A stretch of DNA of 64,000 nucleotides from Spirulina sp. (GTDB lineage: Bacteria; Cyanobacteriota; Cyanobacteriia; Phormidesmidales; Phormidesmidaceae): the NCBI GenBank assembly GCA_044070495.1, contig JBIPSI010000014.1:64001-128000 (forward strand), in the 5' to 3' direction. Within the stretch, counting starts at the first letter, position 1; each line of letters opens with the position of its first letter. The position numbers and the translations under genes were made by a program. Positions 30,079 through 39,738 of the stretch are shown here, one piece after another. The notes beneath the pieces are model-generated. The model was not told where the DNA came from. It saw only the letters and a list, made by a program, of their open reading frames with translations, and did not search any database.

Positions 30079-31752
30079 CTAGGGGGCCGACACAGCCCAC
30101 CAGGCCAAACCGTAGGGCTGGGTGGGTTGGTCGTGAACCTGCCGCTGGTAGATTACCCTCAGCTTATAGCGTCCGGTTTCCGGAATTTGATAAAAAATGT
30201 GCTCTACGCTGTCTACCTCGCTCACCGAAGACCAGAGGCTTTGGCTGAGGTCGTCGCTGTCGGCGGGCATCAGGTACAGGTTAAGGTCATTAAGTCCCTG
30301 ATCCTGGAAGCCTTCGCCCATGTCGTAGAGTCCATTGCCGTTGCTGTCCACCAAATCCACCACCCGCTCCCAGGCGAGGGTAGCCGAGAGGTAGCTGCCG
30401 CCCTGGAGCGGTTCGGCAAACACATAGTCTTGCACCTGGGTCGTAGACGAATCCACCTCCGCCAAGTTCCAGCCCACGGCGGGGATGCTGCCCTCTGGGC
30501 CAAAGGCTCCGGGCAGGAGTTGTTGGTAGGCGCGGTAGGCGTTTAGGTGTCCGGTGCCGAGGTCACTGTGGAGGGGAATTTTGCGGTCGCGGTAGGCATC
30601 AGAGTCGATCCAGGGGCGGCCACTGCTATCGACCAGGGTGCGAGCCATGCCTAGGCGGAGGCCATCGCCGTTGTCCTCCAGCTTGTCGGCGGAGTTCATC
30701 AGTGCCGCCTTGATCACCATGGGGTGCCGTCCGTTGATTGACCAATTGCTGAGGCCAGCCCGAATTTGCCGATCCACCAACTGCTGCATCAGGGCAATGG
30801 TGCCCACCACATGGGGCGCGGCAAAGCTGCTACCCGTGGAGATGCGCCGCCGCCCATCGGGATCAAACATTTCAATGTCGTGCCCCGGAGCCACCAGGGT
30901 AATGGAACGGCGTGGCCCTTCGTTGGTTTCGGGATTGGGGGAACGGGGGGATCGCACCGTGGGTTCGCTGCCCAGGTTGGCCTGATCGAGTCGGGTGAAG
31001 CGACCATCGGCCTCACGACGGGAATAGGCAATGGTCAAACCATTGAAATGATCCGTGGGGATGGGAATGCCCCCCCGACCCTGGTTGCCCGCAATTACGT
31101 ACAGCGCCCCATGCTCCCGCGACAGCCAGTCGATGCACTGGGTGAGCAACGCATTGCCATCCAGCACCGGATTGGGCCGAGGATCCCGCTGGAGGGGTTC
31201 GCCAAAGCTAAAGTTCAAGGCCCGCACATCGCCGCTGTTCTGTGTCGCCACCGCCTGGGTGGTGAGACATTCCTCCGGCTGGGCGCTGCGGCTGCCGTCC
31301 AATTCGCCCACCGCCCCGGCATAGAGCAACGCCTCTGGGGCCACCCCGGTCAGGGTTTTGTCTTGGCTAATCATCACACTGGCCACATTGGCGGCATGGC
31401 CATCCACAAACTCGTTGGCCGTGGCCCAGCTATCCAACTGCAACACCCGCCATACGGCCACGGGCAGGGGCGTCACCTTATCCAACCCATACTGCCCCGG
31501 ACGCCCAATTTCCACCTGGCCGATGGCAATCTTTTCCCCAGTGAGATCGTAGGGGGCATCATGGAGGCGACGGGCATCGATCCCCTCTGGCCCCACCGAA
31601 GTCGATAGGGCCAGGGCAGCCTGCGCCCCCAACCCGCCCATCATCCCCACGCCCAGGACAACCTTCACCCAGCGCGACAGCCGCCGCTTGTTGGAAACGG
31701 GTGAAGGAACGAGTGACGGGGAGAATGGCGTCCCCTGGCCCTGCTTGCCCAT
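30079..31752 (-). CDS. S8 (subtilisin-like) serine peptidase
   Basis: DGHAANVA, IAGN, TGSSFAAPHVVG catalytic motifs; N-terminal hydrophobic segment. Confidence 0.85.
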   Translation of the reverse strand: MGKQGQGTPFSPSLVPSPVSNKRRLSRWVKVVLGVGMMGGLGAQAALALSTSVGPEGIDARRLHDAPYDLTGEKIAIGQVEIGRPGQYGLDKVTPLPVAVWRVLQLDSWATANEFVDGHAANVASVMISQDKTLTGVAPEALLYAGAVGELDGSRSAQPEECLTTQAVATQNSGDVRALNFSFGEPLQRDPRPNPVLDGNALLTQCIDWLSREHGALYVIAGNQGRGGIPIPTDHFNGLTIAYSRREADGRFTRLDQANLGSEPTVRSPRSPNPETNEGPRRSITLVAPGHDIEMFDPDGRRRISTGSSFAAPHVVGTIALMQQLVDRQIRAGLSNWSINGRHPMVIKAALMNSADKLEDNGDGLRLGMARTLVDSSGRPWIDSDAYRDRKIPLHSDLGTGHLNAYRAYQQLLPGAFGPEGSIPAVGWNLAEVDSSTTQVQDYVFAEPLQGGSYLSATLAWERVVDLVDSNGNGLYDMGEGFQDQGLNDLNLYLMPADSDDLSQSLWSSVSEVDSVEHIFYQIPETGRYKLRVIYQRQVHDQPTQPYGLAWWAVSAP

Positions 31753-31876
31753 AGATAACCGTCCTGGCTTGGTGGATGAGTTGGGATCTCTCCCTGGGCA
31801 AACTCTATCGCAAAGGCACCGCCAACGTCAGGAAATCCGCCCCCCTCCTTAAGATTTCCTACCCTACAACTTCAAG

Positions 31877-31980
31877 CCACCCCCCTCCCCTTCACACCCC
31901 TCCCCCTCACACCCTCACACCCTCACACCTTCCCACCATCACACCTTCCCACCCTCACACCCTCACACCTTCCCACCCTT
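31877..31980. repeat. Octamer tandem repeat array (CACACCCT/CCCACCCT-like)
   Basis: About a dozen degenerate 8-mers downstream of the ABC gene. Confidence 0.75.
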
Positions 31981-31990
31981 GAACTCCCCC

Positions 31991-33805
31991 CTAATCAACC
32001 AACTCCCCAGTCTCTTGAAGCACATGCAAACGATGGTAGATGCCCCCGTGGGCCAACAGTTCAGCATGGGTGCCCACCTCGGCAATGCGGCCCGCCTCTA
32101 GCACCACAATTTTGTCGGCCTCCCGCACGGTACTGAGGCGGTGGGCGATGATCAGGGTGGTGCGGGTGCCCAGGATGGAACCCATAGCAAGCTGGATGGA
32201 TCGCTCGGATTCGTAGTCGAGGCTGGAGGTGGCTTCGTCGAACACCAGCACGTCGGGGTTCACCAGCAGGGCGCGGGCAATGCCAAGGCGCTGCCGTTGT
32301 CCGCCCGAAAGCCTCACCCCCCGTTCGCCCACCACGGTGGCGTAGCCCTGGGGCAGGCGGTGGATGAACTCGTCTACGCGGGCGATGCGGCAAGCTTCGT
32401 AGACCTCATCCAGGGTGGCGCTGGGGTTGCCGTAGGTGAGGTTATCCAGCAGGGTGCCGTTGAACACATCCACCTCCTGGTGCACGATGGCCAGCCGCCG
32501 CCGATAGCCCGTCACATCCAGCCGCCGCAGGTCTTCGCCATCGATGAGAATCTGGCCGCTGTGGGGATCGAAATAGCGGAACAGCAATTTCACCAGGGTC
32601 GATTTTCCAGAACCCGACCGCCCCACCAGGGCCACGGTTTGCCGAGGTTCAATCAGCAGGTTGATGTCTTGGAGGACGGGTTTGTCGTCGTAGCCGAAGC
32701 TCACCCCTTGGAAATGCACCTTGCCCGTGAACTGGTAGGCGGGAATTTGGTCGGGGTGATCGACGAGGTTGACCGCATCGGTGCCCACGGGTTCGGCCAT
32801 AAATTCGTGGAACCGCACCATGGAGGCATAGCGACGGGCGAAAATCTCCGCCAGGTTGCTGATCGGCTCTAGCTCCGAGTAGGCCATGCTCGACACCGTG
32901 AGGGTGGTGATGAAGTAGCCCAGGGACATACGCCCTTGCAGGGTGGCCCACAGGGTAAGGCCCAGGATGCCAAACACACAGCTTTGAATTACCAAATCCT
33001 GCCAGGTGTTGAGGATGACATAGCCCCGGTGGATCACCCGATCCACCACCGTAAACTCACGCTCTAGGCGCTGGCTTTGGCGGCGCAATTCCTCGGCCTC
33101 GGCGGCAAAGGCTTTCACGGTTTTGATGTTGGTAATGATTTCCGAGGTGCGACTTTCGGTGCTTTCCATGTACCGATCCAGCGACTGCTCCTTTTTATTA
33201 AGGCGCACCAAGTCCTTGAGGCTGAAGCCCAGGATGAGAATGAAGGACACCAAAAACACCAGGGCAATGGGCCAGTTAATCCAAGCCACCAGCAGCACAA
33301 TGCCCACAATACGCACCAGTTTGGGAATCAACTGTCCGGCAATTTCGGGGTAGGTCCAGGTGTGGTTGGCCAAGCCACGGGCCACCCGTCCGGCAATGCG
33401 GCCTGGATTGTGCTCGTCGTAAAAGCCCAAGGGCAGGGTCAGCAGCTTGCGAATCACCGCCTGGGAATGGTCGCGGCGGGTGCGTAGGGCAATGTCCCAG
33501 TGGAACCACACCCCCAGCCAGGGCTGAATCGGTGCCCGCACCACCGTGGCGCAAAAAATCACCGTTAGCAGCACCCCCAGGGTGAGGGCCGGGGTCACGG
33601 GCTGCCCTAGCGCCGCCGCAATCCCCGCCACCCAGCGCTGGCTGAGGGGATCGACCGCCTGGGTAGACAGCAGGTTGAGAATTTGCCCGGTGGCGTAGGG
33701 CACCAGCAGGTCGATCAACTGAAAGGCGCTGCTGGCCGCAATGCTCAACACCGCCGCCCACCGATAGCGCTGGTAGTAACGAATCACCTGTTTCAGGGTA
33801 GCCAT
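31991..33805 (-). CDS. ABC exporter, fused permease/ATPase
   Basis: TM domain, then GRSGSGKS, LSGGQRQR, FDEATSSLD, IAHRLST. Confidence 0.93.
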   Translation of the reverse strand: MATLKQVIRYYQRYRWAAVLSIAASSAFQLIDLLVPYATGQILNLLSTQAVDPLSQRWVAGIAAALGQPVTPALTLGVLLTVIFCATVVRAPIQPWLGVWFHWDIALRTRRDHSQAVIRKLLTLPLGFYDEHNPGRIAGRVARGLANHTWTYPEIAGQLIPKLVRIVGIVLLVAWINWPIALVFLVSFILILGFSLKDLVRLNKKEQSLDRYMESTESRTSEIITNIKTVKAFAAEAEELRRQSQRLEREFTVVDRVIHRGYVILNTWQDLVIQSCVFGILGLTLWATLQGRMSLGYFITTLTVSSMAYSELEPISNLAEIFARRYASMVRFHEFMAEPVGTDAVNLVDHPDQIPAYQFTGKVHFQGVSFGYDDKPVLQDINLLIEPRQTVALVGRSGSGKSTLVKLLFRYFDPHSGQILIDGEDLRRLDVTGYRRRLAIVHQEVDVFNGTLLDNLTYGNPSATLDEVYEACRIARVDEFIHRLPQGYATVVGERGVRLSGGQRQRLGIARALLVNPDVLVFDEATSSLDYESERSIQLAMGSILGTRTTLIIAHRLSTVREADKIVVLEAGRIAEVGTHAELLAHGGIYHRLHVLQETGELVD

Positions 33806-33827
33806 GGGAAAAAACGGGAGACTACTT

Positions 33828-33847
33828 TTGTAGTATACATACTACAA
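33828..33847. promoter_or_regulatory. Perfect palindromic operator candidate
   Basis: TTGTAGTAT-AC-ATACTACAA, 22 nt upstream of the ABC exporter start. Confidence 0.55.
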
Positions 33848-34199
33848 GCAAATAGATCGACCCAATTGATGGCGATGTGCTACTTCAAAGACCCATATTC
33901 CAATTGCATAGATATGTGACTAGGGCGTTGTCTCCCTAGGGTGTGGGGGGAAACTTGAAGATAGGCGAGTGGATTGGTTGCAGTCGATGGTGTATTGGAG
34001 TTGACCTAGGATGCGGGTGGGCTACGGAGGTTGATACTAGGGCTTACTCCGATGGTCTAGTCCTGTGAAGCCGAGAATTCCGTCCCCTGCGCCGATCTTC
34101 GTATGTCCGTAATCTGAAAATCTATGTGCGTTTAAGCACCGTCACCCACGCATGGGTCGCCTTGGGGCCAACCATGGGTTGCAAAAGGAGCATTGGCTA

Positions 34200-35039
34200 A
34201 TGGCTAACACCGAGCACTTGAATATTCTGGATCAGGGAGTTGAGGCTTGGAATATTTGGCGAGTGCAAAATCCCGATATCCGGCCCGACTTCCAGGGGGC
34301 CGATTTGGCCAAGCGCAATCTTCCCGGCATTGACTTCCGCCATGCCAACTTTTACGAAGCCAACCTGCGCGAAAGCGTCTTCACCAACGCCAACTTCGAG
34401 TCCTCCACCCTCTACCGCTGCGACCTCTGTATGGCTGATCTCACCGGGGCTAACCTCAGCATGGTGGACTTTTACAAAACCAACCTCTACACCGCCAACC
34501 TGACGGATGCCAATCTGCGCTACTCCCACTTTTACAAGGCCGATATGCAGGAAACCCTGATGGCCTCAGCGGATCTGGGCGAATCGAACTTCTACGAGGT
34601 GGATATGCGGGAGGCGATTATGCACTCCGCCAACCTGGTGAGAACCACCTTCTACTACTCCAACCTCTGCAATGCGGATCTCTCCAGGGCTAACCTCAGC
34701 AGCGCCAGCCTGATGGGGGCCAACATGTCCAGGGCCAACCTACGACGGGCCAGTTGTGTGGGCACCAACCTGTTCCGGGCCACCCTCCAGGGCACCGACC
34801 TCAGCGAGGCCGACCTGCGGGAAGCGGTGCTGCGTCTGGCCGATCTCAGCCATGCCTCCCTCGAAAATGCCAACCTGTTCCGGGCCAATCTCTCGGAGGC
34901 CTGCCTCGACTTTGCCCAACTGGCGGGGGCCAACTTCAAGAAAACCAACCTGTGGCACGTCAACCTCGGCCAGCTCATTCTCACCCACCCCGCCCACGAC
35001 CGCGATGCCATCACCTTCGATTCCAGCACCCTCAACTAA
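34200..35039 (+). CDS. Pentapeptide repeat protein
   Basis: MANTEHLNIL.QGVEAWN.WR start, then A(D/N)Lxx repeats. AAGGAG RBS before 34200. Confidence 0.92.
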   Translation: MANTEHLNILDQGVEAWNIWRVQNPDIRPDFQGADLAKRNLPGIDFRHANFYEANLRESVFTNANFESSTLYRCDLCMADLTGANLSMVDFYKTNLYTANLTDANLRYSHFYKADMQETLMASADLGESNFYEVDMREAIMHSANLVRTTFYYSNLCNADLSRANLSSASLMGANMSRANLRRASCVGTNLFRATLQGTDLSEADLREAVLRLADLSHASLENANLFRANLSEACLDFAQLAGANFKKTNLWHVNLGQLILTHPAHDRDAITFDSSTLN

Positions 35040-35167
35040 CCCTGGGGATCGTCGAACGGGTGGCCTAATAAAGCCCGATTCCCTCTACCCTGCCTCTCCA
35101 GGGTGGAGAATGGCAGACAAACCGCGTAGGATCTAGACTCTAGTCTTTAACAGCATGGGTTTTGGCC

Positions 35168-36802
35168 ATGGATGATGCATTGATCTTGAAGCAAATTAGC
35201 CACCTGATTGCCACCCATTCCGGGATTCAGGTGCGTGATCAAGACTACAAAACCCTATCTGAAAAACTGTGGCGGCGAACCAAAGCCCTTGGCTTATCGT
35301 CCCTTCAGGCCTACCATCAGCGACTGATCCAGGAGCTTGGCACTGCGTCACCCTCAAGCCTAACGGGCCAAGGGGATGGATCTTCGTCGGAGTGGCAAGA
35401 GCTGTACGCTATTTTAACCATTAACGAAAGCTACTTTTTTCGAGATAAAAATCAGTATCGGCTGCTGCAAGACAATCTGCTGCCAGATTTAATTCAACGC
35501 AAGCGCCTAGAGGCCGAAACCCAGGGGACTCAGCCCCGATTAAGAATTTGGAGCGCAGGCTGTTCCACCGGAGAAGAGCTTTATTCCATCGCCATTGTTT
35601 TGGATGAGCTCTCCTTACCCTGGCACCAGTGGGATGTGATGTTAATTGGCACCGACATCAGTAAAACAGCCATCGACAATGCCCGCAAAGGGCTCTATGG
35701 CAACTGGTCATTTCGGCAGGTACCTGCCAATATTCAGAAGAACTATTTCCATCCTCACCACCAGCTCTTTAAAATTAGCGATAGTCTTCGGCAGCGAGTA
35801 ATCTTTCAGTATGGCAATCTGCTCCAGGATCCCTTCCCAAACCAGGCTAGCCGTCTGTATGAGATAGATTTAATCCTCTGTCGCAACGTGTTTATCTACC
35901 TAGACGAACGAGCCATTAGCCAAATTATTCATAAGTTTCATCAGGCCCTAGTGCCCAAAGGCTATTTAATCACGGGCCACACCGAACTTTACGCCCAAGA
36001 TACTACCCAGTTCTATCTAATTAACTTTCCCGAATCCATCGTGTATCAAAAGCAGATTCATCCTCCATCGGCCACCATCCCCCCTAAGCCCTCCAGTCTG
36101 CCCCCCTCATCCTCTCTCCCATCCGTAGCCTCCCCCCGATCAAGGGTGTCTTCTGTCCCTCGTGCCCCCCGTTCTAGAGGGCATTCTGCACCGACTGCAC
36201 CCGCTGCAAGATCCGTTGGCAACGTTCCCCCTCGTCCCTGGAATCTGCTTAGCCCAGACCTCCGCCAAGGCCTCAACCAAAACCAAAGCCCAGATGCCAC
36301 CCTAGAAACAGCCCTAAAAGAGGCGGAAGCCCTCCTAAAGCAGGAAGCCTACGCCAATGCCGTTGAACGGGCCGAGAAAATTTTTAGGGCCTATCCCCAC
36401 TGCGAAGGAGCCTACCGCATTGCCGCCCATGCCTATGCCAATATGGGCAGCTACGAACAGGCCAAACAACTCTGTCAGCAGGCCCTTCAGCGGCAACCCT
36501 TGAATGTGGAAGTTTATTACCTATTGGCCCAAATTGCCGAAGATCAAAACGAGCTAGACATTACCAAAGACTATCTCCGAAAAATTATTTACCTTGACCA
36601 TAGTTTTGTAAAAGCTTACTTGGATCTTGCGACTATCTATGAGCGGGAAAGGCAACCTGAAAAGACTCAAAAAATGCGCAGCCACGCCCTAGAACTTTTG
36701 ACAAAACTACCCCCGGACATGGTGCTAGATACCCACAGCGGCACCACCGCTGGCCAGTGGAAGGATCATTTACAAAAACAGCCGCCCCACCGCATTGCCT
36801 GA
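35168..36802 (+). CDS. CheR-type methyltransferase with C-terminal TPR repeats
   Basis: TINESYFFRD, IWSAGCSTGEE, GTDIS, DLILCRNVFIY, GYLITGH; Pro/Ser linker; TPRs. Confidence 0.9.
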   Translation: MDDALILKQISHLIATHSGIQVRDQDYKTLSEKLWRRTKALGLSSLQAYHQRLIQELGTASPSSLTGQGDGSSSEWQELYAILTINESYFFRDKNQYRLLQDNLLPDLIQRKRLEAETQGTQPRLRIWSAGCSTGEELYSIAIVLDELSLPWHQWDVMLIGTDISKTAIDNARKGLYGNWSFRQVPANIQKNYFHPHHQLFKISDSLRQRVIFQYGNLLQDPFPNQASRLYEIDLILCRNVFIYLDERAISQIIHKFHQALVPKGYLITGHTELYAQDTTQFYLINFPESIVYQKQIHPPSATIPPKPSSLPPSSSLPSVASPRSRVSSVPRAPRSRGHSAPTAPAARSVGNVPPRPWNLLSPDLRQGLNQNQSPDATLETALKEAEALLKQEAYANAVERAEKIFRAYPHCEGAYRIAAHAYANMGSYEQAKQLCQQALQRQPLNVEVYYLLAQIAEDQNELDITKDYLRKIIYLDHSFVKAYLDLATIYERERQPEKTQKMRSHALELLTKLPPDMVLDTHSGTTAGQWKDHLQKQPPHRIA

Positions 36803-36828
36803 TTTTTAAGGCTGCCAATACCTCTTAT

Positions 36829-36930
36829 ATTACCGAATCCGAAAAACCCGATTCCCAACCCGGCAACTCGTAGGGGTAAGGTCTCCTCACCCACACCGAT
36901 ACCGGGGGCGAACAAGCCGGATTTGGGATT
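36829..36930. mobile_element. Degenerate copy of the 17473 MITE-like element with internal REP
   Basis: taccgaatccg...gtaggggtaaggtctcctcaccc...caagccggatttgg, colinear with 17473-17576. Confidence 0.65.
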
Positions 36931-36936
36931 AGGCCG

Positions 36937-38238
36937 TTAGGAGGCTACGTAGGTTACCAATACCTTATCGACTCTGGGGCCATCCATATCCACCACCTCA
37001 AACCGCAGTCCACCCCATTCAAAATATTCGCCCGATTGAGGAATATGGCTGAGGAAATGCACCACGAAGCCCCCCAGGGTATGGAAATGCCCTGCGGTTT
37101 CCCCTGGCAGTGTTTTTTGCTGCACGAGGGCTTTGAGTTCATGGATGTCTAAGGATCCATCGATCAGCCAAGAGCCATCCTCCCGCTGAATAATCAGGGG
37201 TTCTGTCTGATCTTCCAGGGAGGGCAAGTCTCCCACAATGGCGGCCATCAGGTCATTCAGGGTAACGAGACCCTCTAAGCCACCATACTCATCGGTGACG
37301 AGGGCAATATGAATTCCGGTTTGCTTAAATTGGTCGATGATCGTGAGGGCGCGGGCGTTTTCCGACACATACAGCGGCGGCTGGGCCAGGGCGGCTAGAT
37401 CGATGGGCTGGCCCGACAGTTGAGCCGCCAGTAGGGCACTGCCCCGAATCACACCGATGCAGTCGTCTAAGCTGCCCTGCCCCACCGGAAAGCGCGAGTG
37501 ATAGCTGTCCATGACGGCCTGGAGGTTTCCCTCTAGGGAGGCTTTGGTATCCAGCCAGGTAATTTCGGTGCGGGGGGTCATGATGGCCTGGATGGGGCGA
37601 TCTCCCAGGCGAAACACCCGTTCCACCATTTCGTGCTCGGCCTCTTCAAACATCCCCGATTCAGCGCCCTGGCGAATCAGCACCTTAATTTCTTCCTCGG
37701 TAATGCCGGGTTCGTGGTTGGCGCTAATCCCCAACAGCCGAATCAGGGCATCGGTGGACAATCCCAAAATATGCACCAGGGGTGCCGCGAGGCGCGACAA
37801 AAACCGCATCGGCGGGGCCACGGCACAGGCCAGTTTTTCTGGGGCATTGAGGGCAATGCGCTTGGGCAGCAGTTCACCAATTACGAGGGAGAGGTAGGTA
37901 ATGGTGGCCACAATCAGGGTGACGCTGAGCCCTTCGCTGTAGCGCTGGAGCGCAGGCACATTGTCAAACACGGGCCGTAGCCGCTGGGCCAGGGTAGCGC
38001 CCCCCACCGCACCGCTAAGGATGCCGATCAGGGTGATGCCGATTTGCACCGTGGCCAGAAAACTGTTGGGGGCATTGGCCAACCGCAGCGCCACCTGGGC
38101 ACGACGGTTTCCCTGTTCCGCCATCTGCTCTAGGCGAACTTTGCGCGCCGACACCACCGCAATTTCTGACCCAGAAAAGACGCCATTTGCGACGATGAGC
38201 ACCAGAATCAGCAGAATTTCAACGGAGAGGGAGGCCAT
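36937..38238 (-). CDS. HlyC/CorC (CNNM-CBS-CorC) family membrane protein
   Basis: NGVFSGSEIA, GELLPKRIA, IMTPR, HSRFPV, DEYGGLEGLVT, FHTLGG. Confidence 0.92.
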   Translation of the reverse strand: MASLSVEILLILVLIVANGVFSGSEIAVVSARKVRLEQMAEQGNRRAQVALRLANAPNSFLATVQIGITLIGILSGAVGGATLAQRLRPVFDNVPALQRYSEGLSVTLIVATITYLSLVIGELLPKRIALNAPEKLACAVAPPMRFLSRLAAPLVHILGLSTDALIRLLGISANHEPGITEEEIKVLIRQGAESGMFEEAEHEMVERVFRLGDRPIQAIMTPRTEITWLDTKASLEGNLQAVMDSYHSRFPVGQGSLDDCIGVIRGSALLAAQLSGQPIDLAALAQPPLYVSENARALTIIDQFKQTGIHIALVTDEYGGLEGLVTLNDLMAAIVGDLPSLEDQTEPLIIQREDGSWLIDGSLDIHELKALVQQKTLPGETAGHFHTLGGFVVHFLSHIPQSGEYFEWGGLRFEVVDMDGPRVDKVLVTYVAS

Positions 38239-38506
38239 AGCCGCGTTAAAAAGGGTAAATCAGGGAAAAGGACGCACCGACCTGTGCTGTGGTCGTCTGA
38301 CCATTAGCCTAGACGATCCCTTAAGGCTTGGATAGCATGCCATCGTGCGGCCCCAACCGCCTCGGCAGGTTGTAGCGGTCGGTGCAGAGCAGGGGCATTG
38401 TAGAGCAACCCTCCCATTCTGCCCAACCCTCACCACGAGTTTGATTCTACAGAAAGAGCCGCCATTTCATCTGGATTTCATCGACTCCGTAGCGTCTAGA
38501 AGCAGC

Positions 38507-38734
38507 CTACTTCAACAGGTCAATCAAGTCTTCTTTTGAGAGGTCAGCATCTCGCAAGATTTTTAGCAGTAAGCCTTTGCCGACATCCTTGCCAGCATGA
38601 ACAGGAATCGTAACCACTCTGCCGTCCTCATGTTTCATCCGCACATGACTACCCTTCTGACGGACAACTAAAAAGCCTATTTTCTCTAGGGCAGCAATGA
38701 GTTCTGGTGCCGTTACATTAGGAAGCTTTGGCAT
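38507..38734 (-). CDS. hicA: HicA-family toxin
   Basis: LEKIGFLVVRQKGSHVRM...VTIPVH...GLLLKIL. Confidence 0.9.
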   Translation of the reverse strand: MPKLPNVTAPELIAALEKIGFLVVRQKGSHVRMKHEDGRVVTIPVHAGKDVGKGLLLKILRDADLSKEDLIDLLK

Positions 38735-38946
38735 TAGACAATTAGCCTTTGAACACCGACAAACTCAGTCGTAGTCTCTCCTTCTTCTAGCTCTTCCAAG
38801 CACATATCAATGACTTCTCGGATGTTAACCATGAGTTCGTCAATGGTTTCACCCTGGCTATAGCAAGCCTTAAGTTGAGGCACTTCTCCAACATAAAGGC
38901 CATCTTCATCACGCTCAATCACCACATAGAATTCTTTGGTTGGCAT
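38734..38946 (-). CDS. hicB: Short HicB-family antitoxin
   Basis: VVIERDEDGLYVGEVPQLKACYSQGETIDE..NIRE. TAATG coupling to hicA. Confidence 0.9.
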   Translation of the reverse strand: MPTKEFYVVIERDEDGLYVGEVPQLKACYSQGETIDELMVNIREVIDMCLEELEEGETTTEFVGVQRLIV

Positions 38947-39014
38947 AGACGTATCCTTAATAAAACGGCTAGACTATCATCCAGAAACAGAACACAATTT
39001 ACTGTTCTAAGGTC

Positions 39015-39242
39015 ATGAATAAATCCATCACGTTTCAGGTCGATGCAGAAGTAGCTGATGCCTTCAATCAAGCGTCCTTCAGTCAGCAGCAGGCGATTCA
39101 GTCTGTCGTTGGTCTATGGCTTAAACAGATGGTGCAGCCAGAAAGCCTAGCTACGATTACGCAAGAGATCCGTCAGGATGCGGCTGAAAAAGGCCTGACA
39201 CTAGACATTTTACAAGAACTGCTGAGCGATGACGAAGCTTAG
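39015..39242 (+). CDS. Putative antitoxin of the PIN toxin
   Basis: 75 aa ending AAEKGLTLDILQELL; overlaps the PIN gene by 14 nt. Confidence 0.65.
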   Translation: MNKSITFQVDAEVADAFNQASFSQQQAIQSVVGLWLKQMVQPESLATITQEIRQDAAEKGLTLDILQELLSDDEA

Positions 39243-39654
39243 ACTGGTTCTTGATACAAACGTCCTGATCAGCGGCCTTCTGACTCAAAACTCCATTCCT
39301 CAACAGGTTTATGATTACGCCATTGCCCAGGCCATCCTTTTGCAGTCGCAGGCAACGCTTGCAGAACTAGAGCGGGTTCTGCTTCGGCCCAAGTTTGATC
39401 GCTATGTCTCTCTAGAGAAACGCTTGCGATTCATCGCCAGTGTGATTGGTCATGCTGAATATATCGATATCTACGAATCGATTGAGCTGTGCCGCGACCC
39501 TAAAGATGATAGCTTGCTCGAACTTGCGGTCTCTGGTTCAGCGACTCATCTGGTTACGGGCGATCAGGATTTGTTAGTTCTCCGCCCCTTCAGAAATACC
39601 GTTATTCAAACGCCCTCAGCATTTTTAGCTGACCTTCGGAACTCTGGCCGTTAG
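39229..39654 (+). CDS. PIN-domain toxin
   Basis: LVLDTNVLISG, CRDPKDD, LVTGDQDLL. Confidence 0.9.
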   Translation: MTKLRLVLDTNVLISGLLTQNSIPQQVYDYAIAQAILLQSQATLAELERVLLRPKFDRYVSLEKRLRFIASVIGHAEYIDIYESIELCRDPKDDSLLELAVSGSATHLVTGDQDLLVLRPFRNTVIQTPSAFLADLRNSGR

Positions 39655-39667
39655 GACGCTTTCACCA

Positions 39668-39685
39668 TTTCACCCGGTTTTCATC
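39668..39685 (+). promoter_or_regulatory. Direct repeat resembling OmpR-type metal-response (CopR/NrsR-like) sites
   Basis: TTTCACC-N4-TTTCATC with an 11-bp period, upstream of the metal efflux genes. Confidence 0.4.
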
Positions 39686-39738
39686 TCCCCCATGGCATCC
39701 TGTCAAGGCTTTTGTGCAAGTTGCCGTGAGGAGGCCCA

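Noticed and set aside
33828..33847. NtcA or LexA box assignment for the palindrome
   Set aside because: Spacing is GTA-N10-TAC, and it is 2 bp shorter than the AGTAC-N4-GTACT LexA pattern.
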